From assembly GCF_004010195.1 (NCBI RefSeq), contig NC_057719.1:10598303-10618302 (forward strand): DNA of 20,000 nucleotides, given 5' to 3'. Positions 19,248 to 20,000 of the stretch are shown here, piece by piece. Every line of letters begins with the position of its first letter. Position 1 is the first letter of the stretch. Source of the stretch: Chiloscyllium plagiosum. Taxonomy: Eukaryota. The translations under genes were made by a program, and so were the position numbers. A model generated the notes under the pieces. The model was not told where the DNA came from and ran no database searches. It saw nothing but the letters and a program-made list of their open reading frames with translations.

Positions 19248-20000
19248 GTAAGTGATTGTTATTTAAGAACTTACCTTGACGCCAACGGTCTTTTTGCAGT
19301 AGAGAGCAGCGGGAGCTGGGCGGAGGTGAAGTCGGAGCGCAGAGCTGGTTGGGAAGGTAAGTGATTGTTATTGTTGTTCCTCTCAACAATAAGTATAACG
19401 CTTTGGATACTGTTAGGGGGGACGGCCTAGCAGGGGTAAGCTGCAGTGACCGGGTCTCTGGCACGAGGTCCGGCTCTGAGGCTCAGAGGGAAAGGGGGAG
19501 AGGAGGAGAGCGCTAGTTATAGGAGACTCTATAGTTAGAGGGACAGACGGTGGTTCTGTGGACATGGGCGAGACTCTAGGATGGTTTGTTGCCTCCCGGG
19601 TGCCAAGGTCCGAGACGTCTCGGACCTTGTCTTCAGAATCCTTAAGGGGGAGGGTGTGCAGCCAGAAGTCGTGGTGCACATTGGCACCAATGACATAGGT
19701 AGGAAGAGGGGTGGGGAGGTCTTTCAGGAGCTCAGGGAGTTAGGCTGGAAGCTAAAAGCTAGGACGGACAGAGTCGCCATCTCTGGGTTGTTGCCGGTGC
19801 CACTTGACAGTGAGGCAAGGAATAGGGAGACAGTGCAGTTGAACACGTGGCTGCAAGGAAGGTGTAGGAGGGAGGGCTTCAGGTATTTGGACAATTGGAC
19901 TGCATTCTGGGGAAGGTGGGACCTATACAAGCAGGACGGGTTGCACCTGAACCAGAAGGGCAACAATATCCTGGGAGGTAGGTTTGCTAGCACTCTTCGG
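19248..20000 (+). pseudogene. CR1 5' region and ORF1 SGNH/GDSL esterase domain (frameshifted, runs off window)
   Basis: VVPLNNKY; VIGDS (GDS 19522-19530); frameshift ~19550; CCLPGAK, HIGTND (19683-19694), DGLH (19935-19946), open to 20000. Confidence 0.92.

Overview
Vertebrate genomic DNA, inferred to be a cartilaginous fish (shark-like) from HE1-type V-SINEs and CR1/HER1-type LINEs. Most of the window is decayed, often nested transposable elements. These include many CR1 fragments on both strands (a 2.4-kb ORF2 relic and an SGNH-esterase ORF1 at the right edge), L2/CR1-group remnants, several tRNA-derived SINEs and two Tigger-like MITEs. There is also a truncated LTR-like sequence invaded by four stacked poly(A) retro-copies, and a G-rich minisatellite element. 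Eight short Penelope-like (PLE) terminal inserts carry minimal hammerhead-ribozyme motifs, several as inverted hairpins and several with target-site duplications. No intact protein-coding gene is recognisable, and most listed ORFs are TE debris or spurious. Four unique-sequence islands could be exons of an unidentified minus-strand host gene (low confidence). All family assignments come from motif recognition, not database searches. I see no firm evidence for a wholly new system. The best leads are the hammerhead-bearing mini-inserts and the repeated same-site insertion cluster at 6.6-7.4 kb.
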